This document shows, piece after piece, positions 40,554 to 50,638 of a stretch of DNA of 64,000 bases. The position numbers were made by a program, and so were the translations under genes. Numbering within the stretch: position 1 is the stretch's first letter; each line of letters starts with the position of its first letter. This DNA is from a virus: the IMG/VR virus record IMGVR_UViG_3300020048_000014, positions 1 through 64,000 of that record; one strand, given 5' to 3'. The notes under the pieces were generated by a model that was given only the letters and a program-made list of their open reading frames with translations, ran no database searches and had not been told where the DNA came from.

Positions 40554-41225
40554 TTATCGTATCGTGGAATCGTGGTGATCCAGTATATTGACTGATTTGG
40601 TGGACATCACATCCTCAATGTCATCGAATGACCATATCTTACCACAGTCGATTCCAATGTCAAGTGTTTTTCCGAGTGGGAATTCTGGTAGTCTCTCAGG
40701 ATCGGATAGATGACTATGGCCGCTCAAATGAATAGTTCTTCTATTTGAGCCATTCCAAATCTTGCATGGGAAATGGTTCATAACAATCCGTTGTTTCCCA
40801 ACTTGAATTTCTACATGATTTCCAACAAATGTTAGATTAGGAATTCTTTTAAAGTTAGCGGGGTAAAGTTCGCCACAACACCCCAAACTTTTGGCAAGTT
40901 CTTCTTTATAGATGCGGTATGTATTCGACTCATGATTGCCCCAGAGTGCTCTAATGTCTTTACATTTTATACAGTGCAACCATTCTACACATTTTTCATC
41001 TGTAGCATTTAAAAACATGTCACCGAGAAAATATAAAATCGCATTCTCTGGGACAGTATCATTGATCAAATTCTGAATCTTAATCGCAGCATCTTCTGCT
41101 GAAGTATATCCACGCTGTTTCCAAATCGGAACAGCCCAAGAAGATGGATCATGGAAAATATGCCAGTCGCTACTAAAATAGAGCTTGTGTCTATCTTCGT
41201 GTTTAAATTTCTCGATTTTATACAT
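40554..41225 (-). CDS. Calcineurin-like metallophosphoesterase
   Basis: SDWH, LGD, GNHE, GHSH. Confidence 0.88.
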   Translation of the reverse strand: MYKIEKFKHEDRHKLYFSSDWHIFHDPSSWAVPIWKQRGYTSAEDAAIKIQNLINDTVPENAILYFLGDMFLNATDEKCVEWLHCIKCKDIRALWGNHESNTYRIYKEELAKSLGCCGELYPANFKRIPNLTFVGNHVEIQVGKQRIVMNHFPCKIWNGSNRRTIHLSGHSHLSDPERLPEFPLGKTLDIGIDCGKIWSFDDIEDVMSTKSVNILDHHDSTIR

Positions 41226-41461
41226 TATTCTTTCTTAAGAGCCTCAATAATTTCATCCATTCCTTGGATAATTTCCACAGTATCGCCATCTTCGACTACT
41301 AATCTTGGAACCGATCTCAGATTATGTTTGAAAAAAAATTCTCTGTCTTCTTCGATAGTGAAATCTTTTATATCTACCTCCAAATTTAGAGCTTTGATTT
41401 TATTTTTTAGGACCATACAAGGTCCGCATGTCTTAGATGTTGCAAGCGTCTTCATACTCAT
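41225..41461 (-). CDS. Glutaredoxin/NrdH-like redoxin
   Basis: CGPC and SVP motifs. Confidence 0.85.
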   Translation of the reverse strand: MSMKTLATSKTCGPCMVLKNKIKALNLEVDIKDFTIEEDREFFFKHNLRSVPRLVVEDGDTVEIIQGMDEIIEALKKE

Positions 41462-41477
41462 ATTATAGGTTAGTGTT

Positions 41478-42560
41478 TTATAAATTACTTTCGATACCAG
41501 TTTTGATTACTTTATCCTCCAATACTTTATTGTCCAAGATAGTAAAGGCGGCACCTTTTCTCCAATCAGGAAAATGTTGAACAATTTCCATGGCTTGATC
41601 CTTTCGGGTGAATGAATCTCCTCGCACATTATGCACTACTAGACGCACTTTGTCAAGTTGTTCTAAAGTTTTATTATAAGCATTGACAATTTTAAGCATG
41701 TCATCCTTTAGTCTTTCGGCAACTTCGAAATCTATTGCAACTTCGATGTATTTATAGAAATCCTCATACTTGGTGAATCGTTCAGTAGTCATGAATAGAT
41801 CAACAACTTGATTGATATTCTTGATACCAGTGCAAATTTTATGCAATTCACAATATTCACTGGCTTTTATCTTCTTCAAGGTTTGACCATCTGGCGAATA
41901 TAGAACAACGCCTTCCTTACCTCTCCAAGCAGCAACGTCATTGAGACATTCTTCGATGGAATCATACTCATACTTTTGAGGACGCTTAAAACCATATTGT
42001 CTACCTATTACATCCAAATAATTTTGGGGATAATATGAACAATCAGCATTTGAAACCGCACCCACTAAGATCAAATCAGGTTCATTAGATTCTCTCAATA
42101 CTATGATATTGTTGGGAGTGACCCACTCAAACAACCAAGTTACCCCAACTGCTTCAGAAAAATCTTTTTGTTCATTGAAAAAATATATATACTTCAATAG
42201 TAAAGTATCGATTTCATGACCATTAGCCATTTGACGAGCATCAGTAGTTCCACGGGTTCTACAAATCCATGAACCCTTATATCTTGATACAATCAATAAC
42301 GATCCATCCAACTTATGACGAGCATCGATCTTCCACGACTTATCCCAAGGTTGAAAATCGGGTTGTTCACTGAAATTAGTAAACTTTAAAAATCCTTGTG
42401 ATACCACAAAATTATCAGACTTACGGAGAATACAAGAACGGAATCTTGCATTTTCATCATTCCACTTACATCCGACATGATTCGGAGTGATAAGCCAGCA
42501 ATCATCTCCTGCGATAACGCAGTCTTTGAAAGTGAATTCTTCAGTCGTTGGTAGCTTCAT
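41478..42560 (-). CDS. T4 Rnl1-like RNA ligase
   Basis: KFTNFSE, KLDGSL (motif I), FEWV, EGVV, KIKASEY. Confidence 0.82.
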   Translation of the reverse strand: MKLPTTEEFTFKDCVIAGDDCWLITPNHVGCKWNDENARFRSCILRKSDNFVVSQGFLKFTNFSEQPDFQPWDKSWKIDARHKLDGSLLIVSRYKGSWICRTRGTTDARQMANGHEIDTLLLKYIYFFNEQKDFSEAVGVTWLFEWVTPNNIIVLRESNEPDLILVGAVSNADCSYYPQNYLDVIGRQYGFKRPQKYEYDSIEECLNDVAAWRGKEGVVLYSPDGQTLKKIKASEYCELHKICTGIKNINQVVDLFMTTERFTKYEDFYKYIEVAIDFEVAERLKDDMLKIVNAYNKTLEQLDKVRLVVHNVRGDSFTRKDQAMEIVQHFPDWRKGAAFTILDNKVLEDKVIKTGIESNL

Positions 42561-43242
42561 ACTCAGAATTATGGTTTAGTGTTTTATCAAGCAAAACCAC
42601 TGTCTTCTTATCAATTTCGTAATATACTTGAGTATTTTCATTCACGAAACGATCCCATGCATCTTGCAAATATTCTGGAATTTCTGGAACATCCGCATAC
42701 TCATCTTCATTAATCTCTCCCAATCTTTCCAAGTAATCCTTAATCATGATTTCTAGTTGACAACTTTTTAGTGTATGTTTTTTAGTTGAACCATATACAT
42801 AATCTGGGAGAGGATAATCATAATCCCAATTATCCCTCAAGTCATCGATGGCATAATAGAAAGTATCACCTTCGATGATAGGATCGCTGTAGTCGGCTTC
42901 TTCTACCTTTATAGCACTATCATAGATGCGCTTATCTCTAGCTTCACAATAAGCATGCATAGCCTTGGAATTACACATCTTAATCTCATCTTCAGTTAGA
43001 TACTTTTCGAGAACTTGTTTTTGGATGGATTCCATCATATATTCAGTGACTTTATCTTTATCTCCAACATTGAAACATTGCTCTGTTTCTGAATTCATGA
43101 TGAGAGATTTAAATGTCTTCCCGGTATCTAATACAGGATTGATCCAGTTATTCAAAACCTTGAGAATTTCTGCCCATCTTTCTTCTGTGAATAGTGGTTG
43201 AAAATATTCTAAAGGATAATTTGTTAGTTGTATATAATTCAT
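42541..43242 (-). CDS. Hypothetical protein
   Basis: 233-aa ORF between ligase and kinase. Confidence 0.8.
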   Translation of the reverse strand: MNYIQLTNYPLEYFQPLFTEERWAEILKVLNNWINPVLDTGKTFKSLIMNSETEQCFNVGDKDKVTEYMMESIQKQVLEKYLTEDEIKMCNSKAMHAYCEARDKRIYDSAIKVEEADYSDPIIEGDTFYYAIDDLRDNWDYDYPLPDYVYGSTKKHTLKSCQLEIMIKDYLERLGEINEDEYADVPEIPEYLQDAWDRFVNENTQVYYEIDKKTVVLLDKTLNHNSEYEATND

Positions 43243-43643
43243 AGTAGTTTTAAATTTTCTCTGATTGTTTTCTCCTGTCTTTGGAGAGTTTCTAATGGCA
43301 CGTTGTGTACATTTTTCCCATCATGTCTGTTCTCTAACACGATAAATGTTACAATGAATCCGACAGCCTTTGCTGTATCGACATACCTCTTCCAGTCTTG
43401 CTCTTTGGCATTAACATTAGCAATGATGATATCTCTATCGGTGAGTGTCAACGCATCTACAAACTTGTTCCAACAATAGCCATGAGCCTTACTCAAACCT
43501 GCTGAATACCAATTATAATTACCATCCTTGTCAGTAAAGTAATCATCGGCGCAGCATACTGCCGCATCTGGAAATAGATTACAAAATGTGGATTTTCCAG
43601 ATCCAGAGCAACCTTTTAATATCAAGAGATGACGTTGTTTCAT
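43239..43643 (-). CDS. P-loop polynucleotide-kinase-like protein (AAA_33 type)
   Basis: GCSGSGKST, ADDYF, HNVP. Confidence 0.8.
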   Translation of the reverse strand: MKQRHLLILKGCSGSGKSTFCNLFPDAAVCCADDYFTDKDGNYNWYSAGLSKAHGYCWNKFVDALTLTDRDIIIANVNAKEQDWKRYVDTAKAVGFIVTFIVLENRHDGKNVHNVPLETLQRQEKTIRENLKLL

Positions 43644-43644
43644 A

Positions 43645-44079
43645 TTATCGAATTTCTATAGTTTTTGGCCAGCTTGCATATACAGAGTTAAATTTTCCGT
43701 TACATATTGTCAAATGAAGACCCCTATAGTAAGGACCATCAACGATTCCGACCTTCTTTTTGATTTGATCTATTTGATCAGAATATACCCGAATATAATA
43801 CATCAAAAATCCCTTGGTGTAACCACCTTCAACAATGTTTTCATCATATTCAAATTCTACAACTTTCTTATCGTTGTAGACTGCTTTATCCCAATTAATC
43901 TTCTTGTTATGGTTAGCTGAATATATGGTAACATGTGCGCCATGAAGGGGAGTGTTCATTCTGATCCAATACTTTTGACAAATAAAATGATAATAAAGTT
44001 TGATCAGATCATCAGAGACATCAAGAACCATCCTACCTTTATGGGGTTGAACGCTTATAATACCAGTCGCACGGAGCAT
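43645..44079 (-). CDS. 2H phosphoesterase (cyclic phosphodiesterase-like; start revised)
   Basis: Two HxT motifs (HVT, HLT) about 70 aa apart. Confidence 0.7.
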   Translation of the reverse strand: MLRATGIISVQPHKGRMVLDVSDDLIKLYYHFICQKYWIRMNTPLHGAHVTIYSANHNKKINWDKAVYNDKKVVEFEYDENIVEGGYTKGFLMYYIRVYSDQIDQIKKKVGIVDGPYYRGLHLTICNGKFNSVYASWPKTIEIR

Positions 44080-44104
44080 ATGGTTATTATATACTAGTGT
44101 TTTA

Positions 44105-44662
44105 TCAAGTCCAGAGATATTGTCTATTCTTAATAATCCCAATCATTGCTTCAGTGTCCTTATCCTCGATCAGTTTCTCTAACCGATGAACTTCTCTGTA
44201 TGCTTCTTCGTAAGACATACCATAGATTTCTTCTACAGATTTCATCCTATAAGATTTTACCGTTTTACCATCTTCTTCCACAATAGGATCGCAGAGATCA
44301 AGAATATCGCCACCATTGATAGATGTAGGATATGATTCGTCCAGTTCTTCTTGGAGTAAGGATCTATCAGTTTTGATGTATTCATAAATTTCTTCTAATT
44401 CTTTTCTGACTGGCTCTCTTGTTGCTCGATAAAGTTCAGAATAAGATTCATTTGTATAACGTTCACCCCAAATGGATTCAAGACCTTCTTCTTTTTCGAC
44501 AAAATGTTTTAGAATTTCAAAAAGACATAAAGGAACCAATTCAACAGAATCGCACCACGTATTAGGAATCTTCCTAATTAGCCATTTTTGACGCGGATTG
44601 AACCATGCTCTCAAGTCATACCATTTCATTTTCCACCAAAATTTATTTGTTATTGTATTCAT
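44105..44662 (-). CDS. Hypothetical protein
   Basis: 185-aa ATG ORF. Confidence 0.8.
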   Translation of the reverse strand: MNTITNKFWWKMKWYDLRAWFNPRQKWLIRKIPNTWCDSVELVPLCLFEILKHFVEKEEGLESIWGERYTNESYSELYRATREPVRKELEEIYEYIKTDRSLLQEELDESYPTSINGGDILDLCDPIVEEDGKTVKSYRMKSVEEIYGMSYEEAYREVHRLEKLIEDKDTEAMIGIIKNRQYLWT

Positions 44663-44676
44663 AAAGTTATTATATA

Positions 44677-45336
44677 TTAGTGTTTAATGTATCTCTCTGA
44701 AACTGTTAGTGGTGTCAATGAAGAAAGTTCACCATCGTCAATCAAAAAAACTTCTCCATTTCTAGGAGTTTTCCATTTTTCAAATTCTTCAACAGTCCAA
44801 CCAAGGAGATACATCAGGTATAGTTTATTAAACTCCCCATGCGCTACTATGATATTATGTTCATATTTACTAGTAGATTTGAGCCACATATCAAATAGAA
44901 CTACTCTCTGATACGCATCAGCAAAACTTTCACCATTCAAGGGTCGATAAAAGAAATTAAAATGTCCCTCATTTTTTTTACCAGATTCAACAATATCTCT
45001 TAACGATCCCCAAGCTCTCTCGACCAAAAGTGGTGATTCTTTAAATTTATTAATTTTATACCCCTCAAAGGAAGATAGTCTGCCACGTATTAAATTTGCA
45101 GATTGCGTAGTCCTTTTATATGGACTATAAAACATATTACAGTGAATTGAATCAACTGATGGATATTCTTTCAAAGTATTCGGATAATCCAATAAATCCA
45201 TCAATCTATCACCTGTTTGGATGGATTGATGTATCCCATTCTGACTCAATTTAATTTCACTATCAAGTTTTCGGAAGTATTCCGATGGATCTATGTTACC
45301 CATCGATTCAAAATGTCTAACTAAATAAATTTTCAT
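44677..45336 (-). CDS. Histidine phosphatase (phosphoglycerate mutase family)
   Basis: LVRHFES.GN, SPY.RT, GES, VAHG. Confidence 0.9.
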   Translation of the reverse strand: MKIYLVRHFESMGNIDPSEYFRKLDSEIKLSQNGIHQSIQTGDRLMDLLDYPNTLKEYPSVDSIHCNMFYSPYKRTTQSANLIRGRLSSFEGYKINKFKESPLLVERAWGSLRDIVESGKKNEGHFNFFYRPLNGESFADAYQRVVLFDMWLKSTSKYEHNIIVAHGEFNKLYLMYLLGWTVEEFEKWKTPRNGEVFLIDDGELSSLTPLTVSERYIKH

Positions 45337-45377
45337 TCGTATACAGTTTTTCGCCCCTATTCTGGTGGGGCGTTTTA

Positions 45378-45770
45378 TTATTTTGTAATTTTAAGATTGC
45401 TAACATCGATGCCAAACTTAGCAGCAATTTCGTCAAATGTCAATACATTTTCTTTAGCAGTTAGACGATTGAAGTCTTCCTCAGAAAAATACATGCCATC
45501 AACACACCACAATTTAGATCCATCAGCACGCTCAACTGCTGGGCCATCAAGGCGATGAAGCTTGTCATCTACATACCACCCTTTAGTTCCATTAGCATAC
45601 TCAACCGCTGGGCCATCAAGACGATGAAGCTTACCGTCAACATACCACTCTCTATTGCCAGTAGCATACTCAATGGCTGGTCCATCAGTGCGATGCAAAA
45701 TCTTCATAGCTGCATCGCTATAATAAAACTTCTCTCCGTGTTTGGTAATTTTAATATATTGTTCGTTCAT
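45378..45770 (-). CDS. HRxDGPA-repeat protein, paralog 2
   Basis: Three HRxDGPA repeats. Confidence 0.85.
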   Translation of the reverse strand: MNEQYIKITKHGEKFYYSDAAMKILHRTDGPAIEYATGNREWYVDGKLHRLDGPAVEYANGTKGWYVDDKLHRLDGPAVERADGSKLWCVDGMYFSEEDFNRLTAKENVLTFDEIAAKFGIDVSNLKITK

Positions 45771-45772
45771 AA

Positions 45773-46165
45773 TTATTTTGTAATCTTAAGTTGCTCGACG
45801 CTGATGCCAAACTTAGCAGCAATTTGCTCCATTGTCAAGACAATCTCTTTAGCAGTTAGACGAATGAACTCTTTTTCAGAAAGATACTTGCCATCAATAT
45901 ACCATAAGTTATTCCCATCAGTATACTCAATTGCTGGGCCATCAAGTCGATGAATCTTACCATCAACCCACCACTCTTTATATCCACTACTATGCTCAAT
46001 GGCTGGGCCATCAAGACGATGAAGCTTGTCATTTACATGCCATGCTTTATACCCATCAGCAAACTCAATTGCTGGACCATCAATGCGATGAAGAATTTTC
46101 ATAGCTGCATCGCTATAGTAATACTTATTACCATATTCGTCAATTTTAATATATTGTGTTTTCAT
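45773..46165 (-). CDS. HRxDGPA-repeat protein, paralog 3
   Basis: Three HRxDGPA repeats. Confidence 0.85.
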   Translation of the reverse strand: MKTQYIKIDEYGNKYYYSDAAMKILHRIDGPAIEFADGYKAWHVNDKLHRLDGPAIEHSSGYKEWWVDGKIHRLDGPAIEYTDGNNLWYIDGKYLSEKEFIRLTAKEIVLTMEQIAAKFGISVEQLKITK

Positions 46166-46602
46166 AGTAATGTTAGTTTATCTGTCAACCCTTCAAACAT
46201 ATTATCATAGGCTGGACCGATTGCAATAGCTGTTTTTGTCTTTACTCCATTAAATTCGGTTGCGCCATTATCTTCAACAAGATGAGACAACAATCCTTTG
46301 GCCAACGCTGCTTCATGTAGGTCTATAAGCTCTTGCTCTGACTCTACATAACATACAATCTTACGGAAGGAATGGTTAAGCCAATGATCAATTTCCTCAT
46401 AATGTTTTTCCATATCTGAATGTTTGTTGATAAAACTATACTCATGATAGTCACAGGCCCCATATTCTATGTCATGGTTCATGCGTCCACTTTTAGTTAG
46501 GAAAGCCATGCTAGCGTGTGAAGCCTGTGACATTTCTTTTCCTCGTCGCATCTTAAGGTCTTTACGAATAACTATAACTTGTTTTGTATTTTCTTTATTC
46601 AT
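46162..46602 (-). CDS. pth2: Peptidyl-tRNA hydrolase type 2 (start revised)
   Basis: KQVIVIRKDLKM..GK..SQASHAS, KIVC, D.G.TEF, TAIAIGP. Confidence 0.88.
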   Translation of the reverse strand: MNKENTKQVIVIRKDLKMRRGKEMSQASHASMAFLTKSGRMNHDIEYGACDYHEYSFINKHSDMEKHYEEIDHWLNHSFRKIVCYVESEQELIDLHEAALAKGLLSHLVEDNGATEFNGVKTKTAIAIGPAYDNMFEGLTDKLTLL

Positions 46603-46622
46603 ATTATTATATCCGTGTTCTT

Positions 46623-46868
46623 TTATCGTTTCCATGAATAAATTGTCACCCATGCTGCAATGCACAACCAATGAAAATTAATATCTGTATTTAGATGCGG
46701 TTGGAATCCTCCTCCATTTGTTGTAAGAGTGGGTTTCCAATACCACCAATTACGACCAAATCGTGGTCTGGTTGGTGCATCAAGCTCCCATTGTTCAAAT
46801 ACCTCGTTTGTAGTTTTACCTGCAAGAGTCGTGCCAAAGAAAATATTCCGTGTAATCTCTTTTATCAT
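46623..46868 (-). CDS. Small Trp-rich protein
   Basis: 81-aa ATG ORF. Confidence 0.6.
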   Translation of the reverse strand: MIKEITRNIFFGTTLAGKTTNEVFEQWELDAPTRPRFGRNWWYWKPTLTTNGGGFQPHLNTDINFHWLCIAAWVTIYSWKR

Positions 46869-46905
46869 ATTAGTTTATATTTTACAATTAGTCTTAGTTA
46901 TAAAA

Positions 46906-48297
46906 TTAACTTTCTTCTTCCATGTCAGATTCTCCAGCATCCCTAGCTTTACATTCTGCTAAATTGAATTTCGGACTCTTAAATTTAAGAACTGGCTTAG
47001 TTTCCTTAGAATTGATTTTCAAAACAATACCTTCGTTGACGACACCCGTTTTGCAGAGTTCGCATGTTTTATCAAGATACTTTTCATGTAACTTGTGAAG
47101 AAAGTTCTCTCCAAATGAACTATCTAGGGGAATTTCAGGGAATAAATCCGTTACCTTTCCTTTGTAGTATACCGGGACATGTTTTAAACCATGATCTTCA
47201 CAGAATCCTTCAATTTCATTCCAAGAAAATTCAGTCACTTTTCCTTCTTCATTGGTGTGTGTGACTCTATAAACCCAAAATTCTGATTCGCCTTGAGTTA
47301 TCCCATAATCATAATTCTTCTGGATATTCCTATTAGGGGAGGCCCACCCTAAAATTTCTCCATATACTGAAATTCCTTTAGGGATATTACCATCCAATTC
47401 TTTAGCGTGTTTACCCCAAACGTCTTCACTATATGTCCCATCACGTTTATTTTTGATGATCGAACGACTGGAATATACAAAGAGATAATCAATCGCTGGA
47501 ATGTCAAACCCAATCATTTTTTTAAACATTGAAAATAATGACAACGATTTCTTGCACAGCAGATTAGCAAAAATTGCCGATGTTCCATGAATTTTGTTAG
47601 AGATTGTGATATTATCATTTGGATCGACGATAAAAATATTACGACCAAGTTGTTCAGTTTTCCCGTGGAAATACCACTGACCGTCAACAATTTGAGATTT
47701 GATACCCTCAGATTTAATAGCACCGTAATACCATTTGACGACAGGATAGATAGCCAATCTAATTGGTCTAGGAAGGCTACCAATGCTCTTGGATACCCAT
47801 TTAGGGATCTTGGGTTGTTTGCTATTCGGATCACCTTGAACTTTTGTATCTGGTCGGATATACTTCGTTACAAGAAGGTCATCACCAACTGTATCAAAAT
47901 TTTCCCCGACATGGAAGATATCATCCTTTAAGTCATAATATCTAATAAGTTCTGAAACTTTAAATAAAAATCCCTGAGACGGAACACCACGTAAATTAAT
48001 TGCCTTAACTCTTCGTCCTTTAGAAGAGAAGTAAGATTTTGTTACACCATCAGCATTCAACACGGGATCATTAAAAAGATTTGCCCATGACAAGAATTTG
48101 GCGGATAAACAAGACTCAATAGGGAAATACGCCAACTTATCATTTTGGGAATATACTCCTTTCCCGACAATAATACTATTTCCAAAAATTTCAACGATTT
48201 CTAATCTGTCAGCAGATGGATGAGTTTTAATTTCTGGACACTTGATTACGACTGCTGCGTAATTTGGGTCACAATTTTCACTTATGCTCAATTTCAT
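46906..48297 (-). CDS. Second RNA ligase-like protein (Rnl2/DRB0094 type, N-terminal OB-like domain)
   Basis: HPSADRLE, KIHGTS, GEILG, EGIV, KFKS. Confidence 0.78.
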   Translation of the reverse strand: MKLSISENCDPNYAAVVIKCPEIKTHPSADRLEIVEIFGNSIIVGKGVYSQNDKLAYFPIESCLSAKFLSWANLFNDPVLNADGVTKSYFSSKGRRVKAINLRGVPSQGFLFKVSELIRYYDLKDDIFHVGENFDTVGDDLLVTKYIRPDTKVQGDPNSKQPKIPKWVSKSIGSLPRPIRLAIYPVVKWYYGAIKSEGIKSQIVDGQWYFHGKTEQLGRNIFIVDPNDNITISNKIHGTSAIFANLLCKKSLSLFSMFKKMIGFDIPAIDYLFVYSSRSIIKNKRDGTYSEDVWGKHAKELDGNIPKGISVYGEILGWASPNRNIQKNYDYGITQGESEFWVYRVTHTNEEGKVTEFSWNEIEGFCEDHGLKHVPVYYKGKVTDLFPEIPLDSSFGENFLHKLHEKYLDKTCELCKTGVVNEGIVLKINSKETKPVLKFKSPKFNLAECKARDAGESDMEEES

Positions 48298-48311
48298 ATC
48301 AGTATTATATA

Positions 48312-48590
48312 TTAGTGTTTAATCTTTAAATATTCCCCATTGCCATCTCCGTCATTTTTAATTTCAAAAGAGTGACCATTAATCATAAGGTGTGATATAA
48401 TACTACATCCCAAGTTAATCATTTGAGTAGGTGTAATATTTCCGATGGAAAACTCTTCATCTTTTCCAAATGATTGAATCCCGTAATAATTAAATCCTCC
48501 CATATCTGGATCTGAACTTTCTCCCCCAAACGTATAGAAGGTTTCGTCACCATCTAGCCCAATGTAAATATCATTCGATTCAATTCTCAT
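48312..48590 (-). CDS. Hypothetical protein
   Basis: 92-aa ATG ORF. Confidence 0.7.
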   Translation of the reverse strand: MRIESNDIYIGLDGDETFYTFGGESSDPDMGGFNYYGIQSFGKDEEFSIGNITPTQMINLGCSIISHLMINGHSFEIKNDGDGNGEYLKIKH

Positions 48591-49105
48591 AATGGTTGTG
48601 TTGACTGTGCTATTTTTTCATCGCCGTATTGATAAACTACAAATTCAATTGGGAACCTTTCTTCCAAATCTTGCAACATACCATTCACAACGATCCACGA
48701 TCCTCCCGCCCTACAACATCCAGTATTCTTAGCTATACCGATAAGGATTACGTTATCGTCATCCCCCATTAATTTACACATATCTTCACACGCTAAAAAC
48801 ATCGCATTGTATAGGTGATCATATTGGCAATTTCTACCCAATACCGATCCATCATTCCCAACACCTACTTGGCCATATAAATTATAAACCCATCTGCCAT
48901 TAGGAATTACTGCTTTTGAAAATGATCCTAATTTACTTTCAGGAAAATCAAAATTATGATAGTAATCATAGTCTGCTTGATATACTTCTGGCCATTTCTT
49001 ACTAAGAAAGTAAGCAATTCCTGATCCGTGTGTTTTATATAAGTTTGCACAATGGAATGCACAATCCCATTCTCCTTCTAACAAATCCCCGTAAATATTA
49101 TTCAT
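48587..49105 (-). CDS. Macro-domain-like protein
   Basis: GDLL...HCAN...GSGIA, NLYGQ, GC.RAGG.W. Confidence 0.75.
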   Translation of the reverse strand: MNNIYGDLLEGEWDCAFHCANLYKTHGSGIAYFLSKKWPEVYQADYDYYHNFDFPESKLGSFSKAVIPNGRWVYNLYGQVGVGNDGSVLGRNCQYDHLYNAMFLACEDMCKLMGDDDNVILIGIAKNTGCCRAGGSWIVVNGMLQDLEERFPIEFVVYQYGDEKIAQSTQPL

Positions 49106-49512
49106 TTAAATAGTTCTTTCTTGATATATGACTCCACATCATGTTCATCAATAATCTTATACATATGCCCAACCATTGGATAATGGATTTCAATATATTG
49201 TTTTAAATCTTCTTCATTTTCGGCGCAGACAAAATACCTATCTTCACAATCCGCCCCTAAATTGACTTCATACATTTTATGCACGATGGTATCAAAATAT
49301 ACATACTTATATACTCGCCCATATGCTACTCGCAATACGTAATCAAAAACCACCAATATAGTGCTACCAAATAAAATTATTTTAACTGGCCATGTCATGG
49401 TGGTATCTCGAATAAGTAGAAACATGACGCCGCAACCAATTAATGACATTATCCATCCATACCAATCGACTGGTCGAAATTCTCTTCCCGTTAGTTTAGG
49501 CAAATTACTCAT
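49102..49512 (-). CDS. Membrane protein
   Basis: Two hydrophobic segments. Confidence 0.7.
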   Translation of the reverse strand: MSNLPKLTGREFRPVDWYGWIMSLIGCGVMFLLIRDTTMTWPVKIILFGSTILVVFDYVLRVAYGRVYKYVYFDTIVHKMYEVNLGADCEDRYFVCAENEEDLKQYIEIHYPMVGHMYKIIDEHDVESYIKKELFK

Positions 49513-50002
49513 TTTGTTTTAATAGTTCAGAGTTCTCAAAAATGTTGCCGATTACCTCACATCGGTTGGCAACTTCAGCCCAATAATATTCAGTATCTTT
49601 ATTTTCAAACGAATACATACCTCCATATGTACCCCAGACACAATATGTACCCCAGACACAAGTTAAAATTTCATCTCTAGCCTCCTTTGGATAAGAGGCT
49701 CCGTCAAATACATGGTGAATAATATCTCCTTCATAAATCTCGACACCATTCTTATCTTTCAGCCCAGTGTATCGTTGAATATCAAATGGAGATTGTTTGA
49801 TGCAATTAATACCATCAAAGTAATGATTTGGTTCTTCGGATGGAGAGTACTCGCCATTGCAGTTTACATAGTCTATAATTTTTCCAGTGAAAATATCAAG
49901 CATCCAGTTGCTACACCAATGTGTGCCGCTGTCATTGGCGGTTAACCATTGTTTATATTTTTTATTCCAGACTCGGAATTTAATTGTTTCTCGGTTTGTC
50001 AT
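49505..50002 (-). CDS. YopX-family protein
   Basis: IKFRVW...YTGLKDKNG.EIYEGDI...IGNIFEN. Confidence 0.85.
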   Translation of the reverse strand: MTNRETIKFRVWNKKYKQWLTANDSGTHWCSNWMLDIFTGKIIDYVNCNGEYSPSEEPNHYFDGINCIKQSPFDIQRYTGLKDKNGVEIYEGDIIHHVFDGASYPKEARDEILTCVWGTYCVWGTYGGMYSFENKDTEYYWAEVANRCEVIGNIFENSELLKQNE

Positions 50003-50352
50003 AATAGTTCACTGTTTTCAAAAATGTTACCAATCACTTCGATATCTCCTAACATACTTTTATAAAAGCCACTCTTATCTCCAATAAACCATAATCCAAA
50101 AGATGGAGCATCTACTAATGGCATGTCAGTAATATAAATTACTTTGGCCAGTCCGCTTATTGGTTTTACGGCAATTTCTTTGTCATCAAATTTGACAATA
50201 TCACCTTCATAAATGTCAACTCCATTCTTATCTCGTAGTCCAGTATATTGTTGAACAGGATAAGAATACTGATTCAATAGCCGCCAGCTCTGACTGAAAT
50301 ATTCGAACTTGGTTTGTTGGTTATCCCATACTCTAAATTTAATTTCTCTCAT
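49999..50352 (-). CDS. YopX-family protein
   Basis: Same motifs. Confidence 0.85.
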   Translation of the reverse strand: MREIKFRVWDNQQTKFEYFSQSWRLLNQYSYPVQQYTGLRDKNGVDIYEGDIVKFDDKEIAVKPISGLAKVIYITDMPLVDAPSFGLWFIGDKSGFYKSMLGDIEVIGNIFENSELL

Positions 50353-50567
50353 TAGTTTACCTTTATTGTTTGTTTCGACATTGATGCTACCACATCACCA
50401 TTACATAGCAAGCGATATTCGTAAGCATGGTTGTAATGAGATTTTAACATTGCCCATGCTCCTTCGGCAAATGATTTTCTCATACATGAAAAGCTGATTT
50501 GCTTACTCCATTTATCAATTGGAGCTGGCATGTAAAATTCAATATCGTAATATTTTTGATTGTGCAT
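50352..50567 (-). CDS. Hypothetical protein
   Basis: 71-aa ATG ORF. Confidence 0.65.
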   Translation of the reverse strand: MHNQKYYDIEFYMPAPIDKWSKQISFSCMRKSFAEGAWAMLKSHYNHAYEYRLLCNGDVVASMSKQTIKVN

Positions 50568-50638
50568 GCTTCTAATAGTTCACTGTTTTCAAAAATGTTG
50601 CTAATATTAGCAACATTAATACATCTTTACATCATGAG

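Noticed and set aside
45378-46165. Diversity-generating retroelement template/variable repeat pair
   Set aside because: Differences are not adenine-restricted as far as I can see, and there is no reverse transcriptase in the window.
49625-49662. 18-bp duplication giving CVWGTYCVWGTY
   Set aside because: Simple in-frame slippage in a variable YopX loop with no sign of a wider system.
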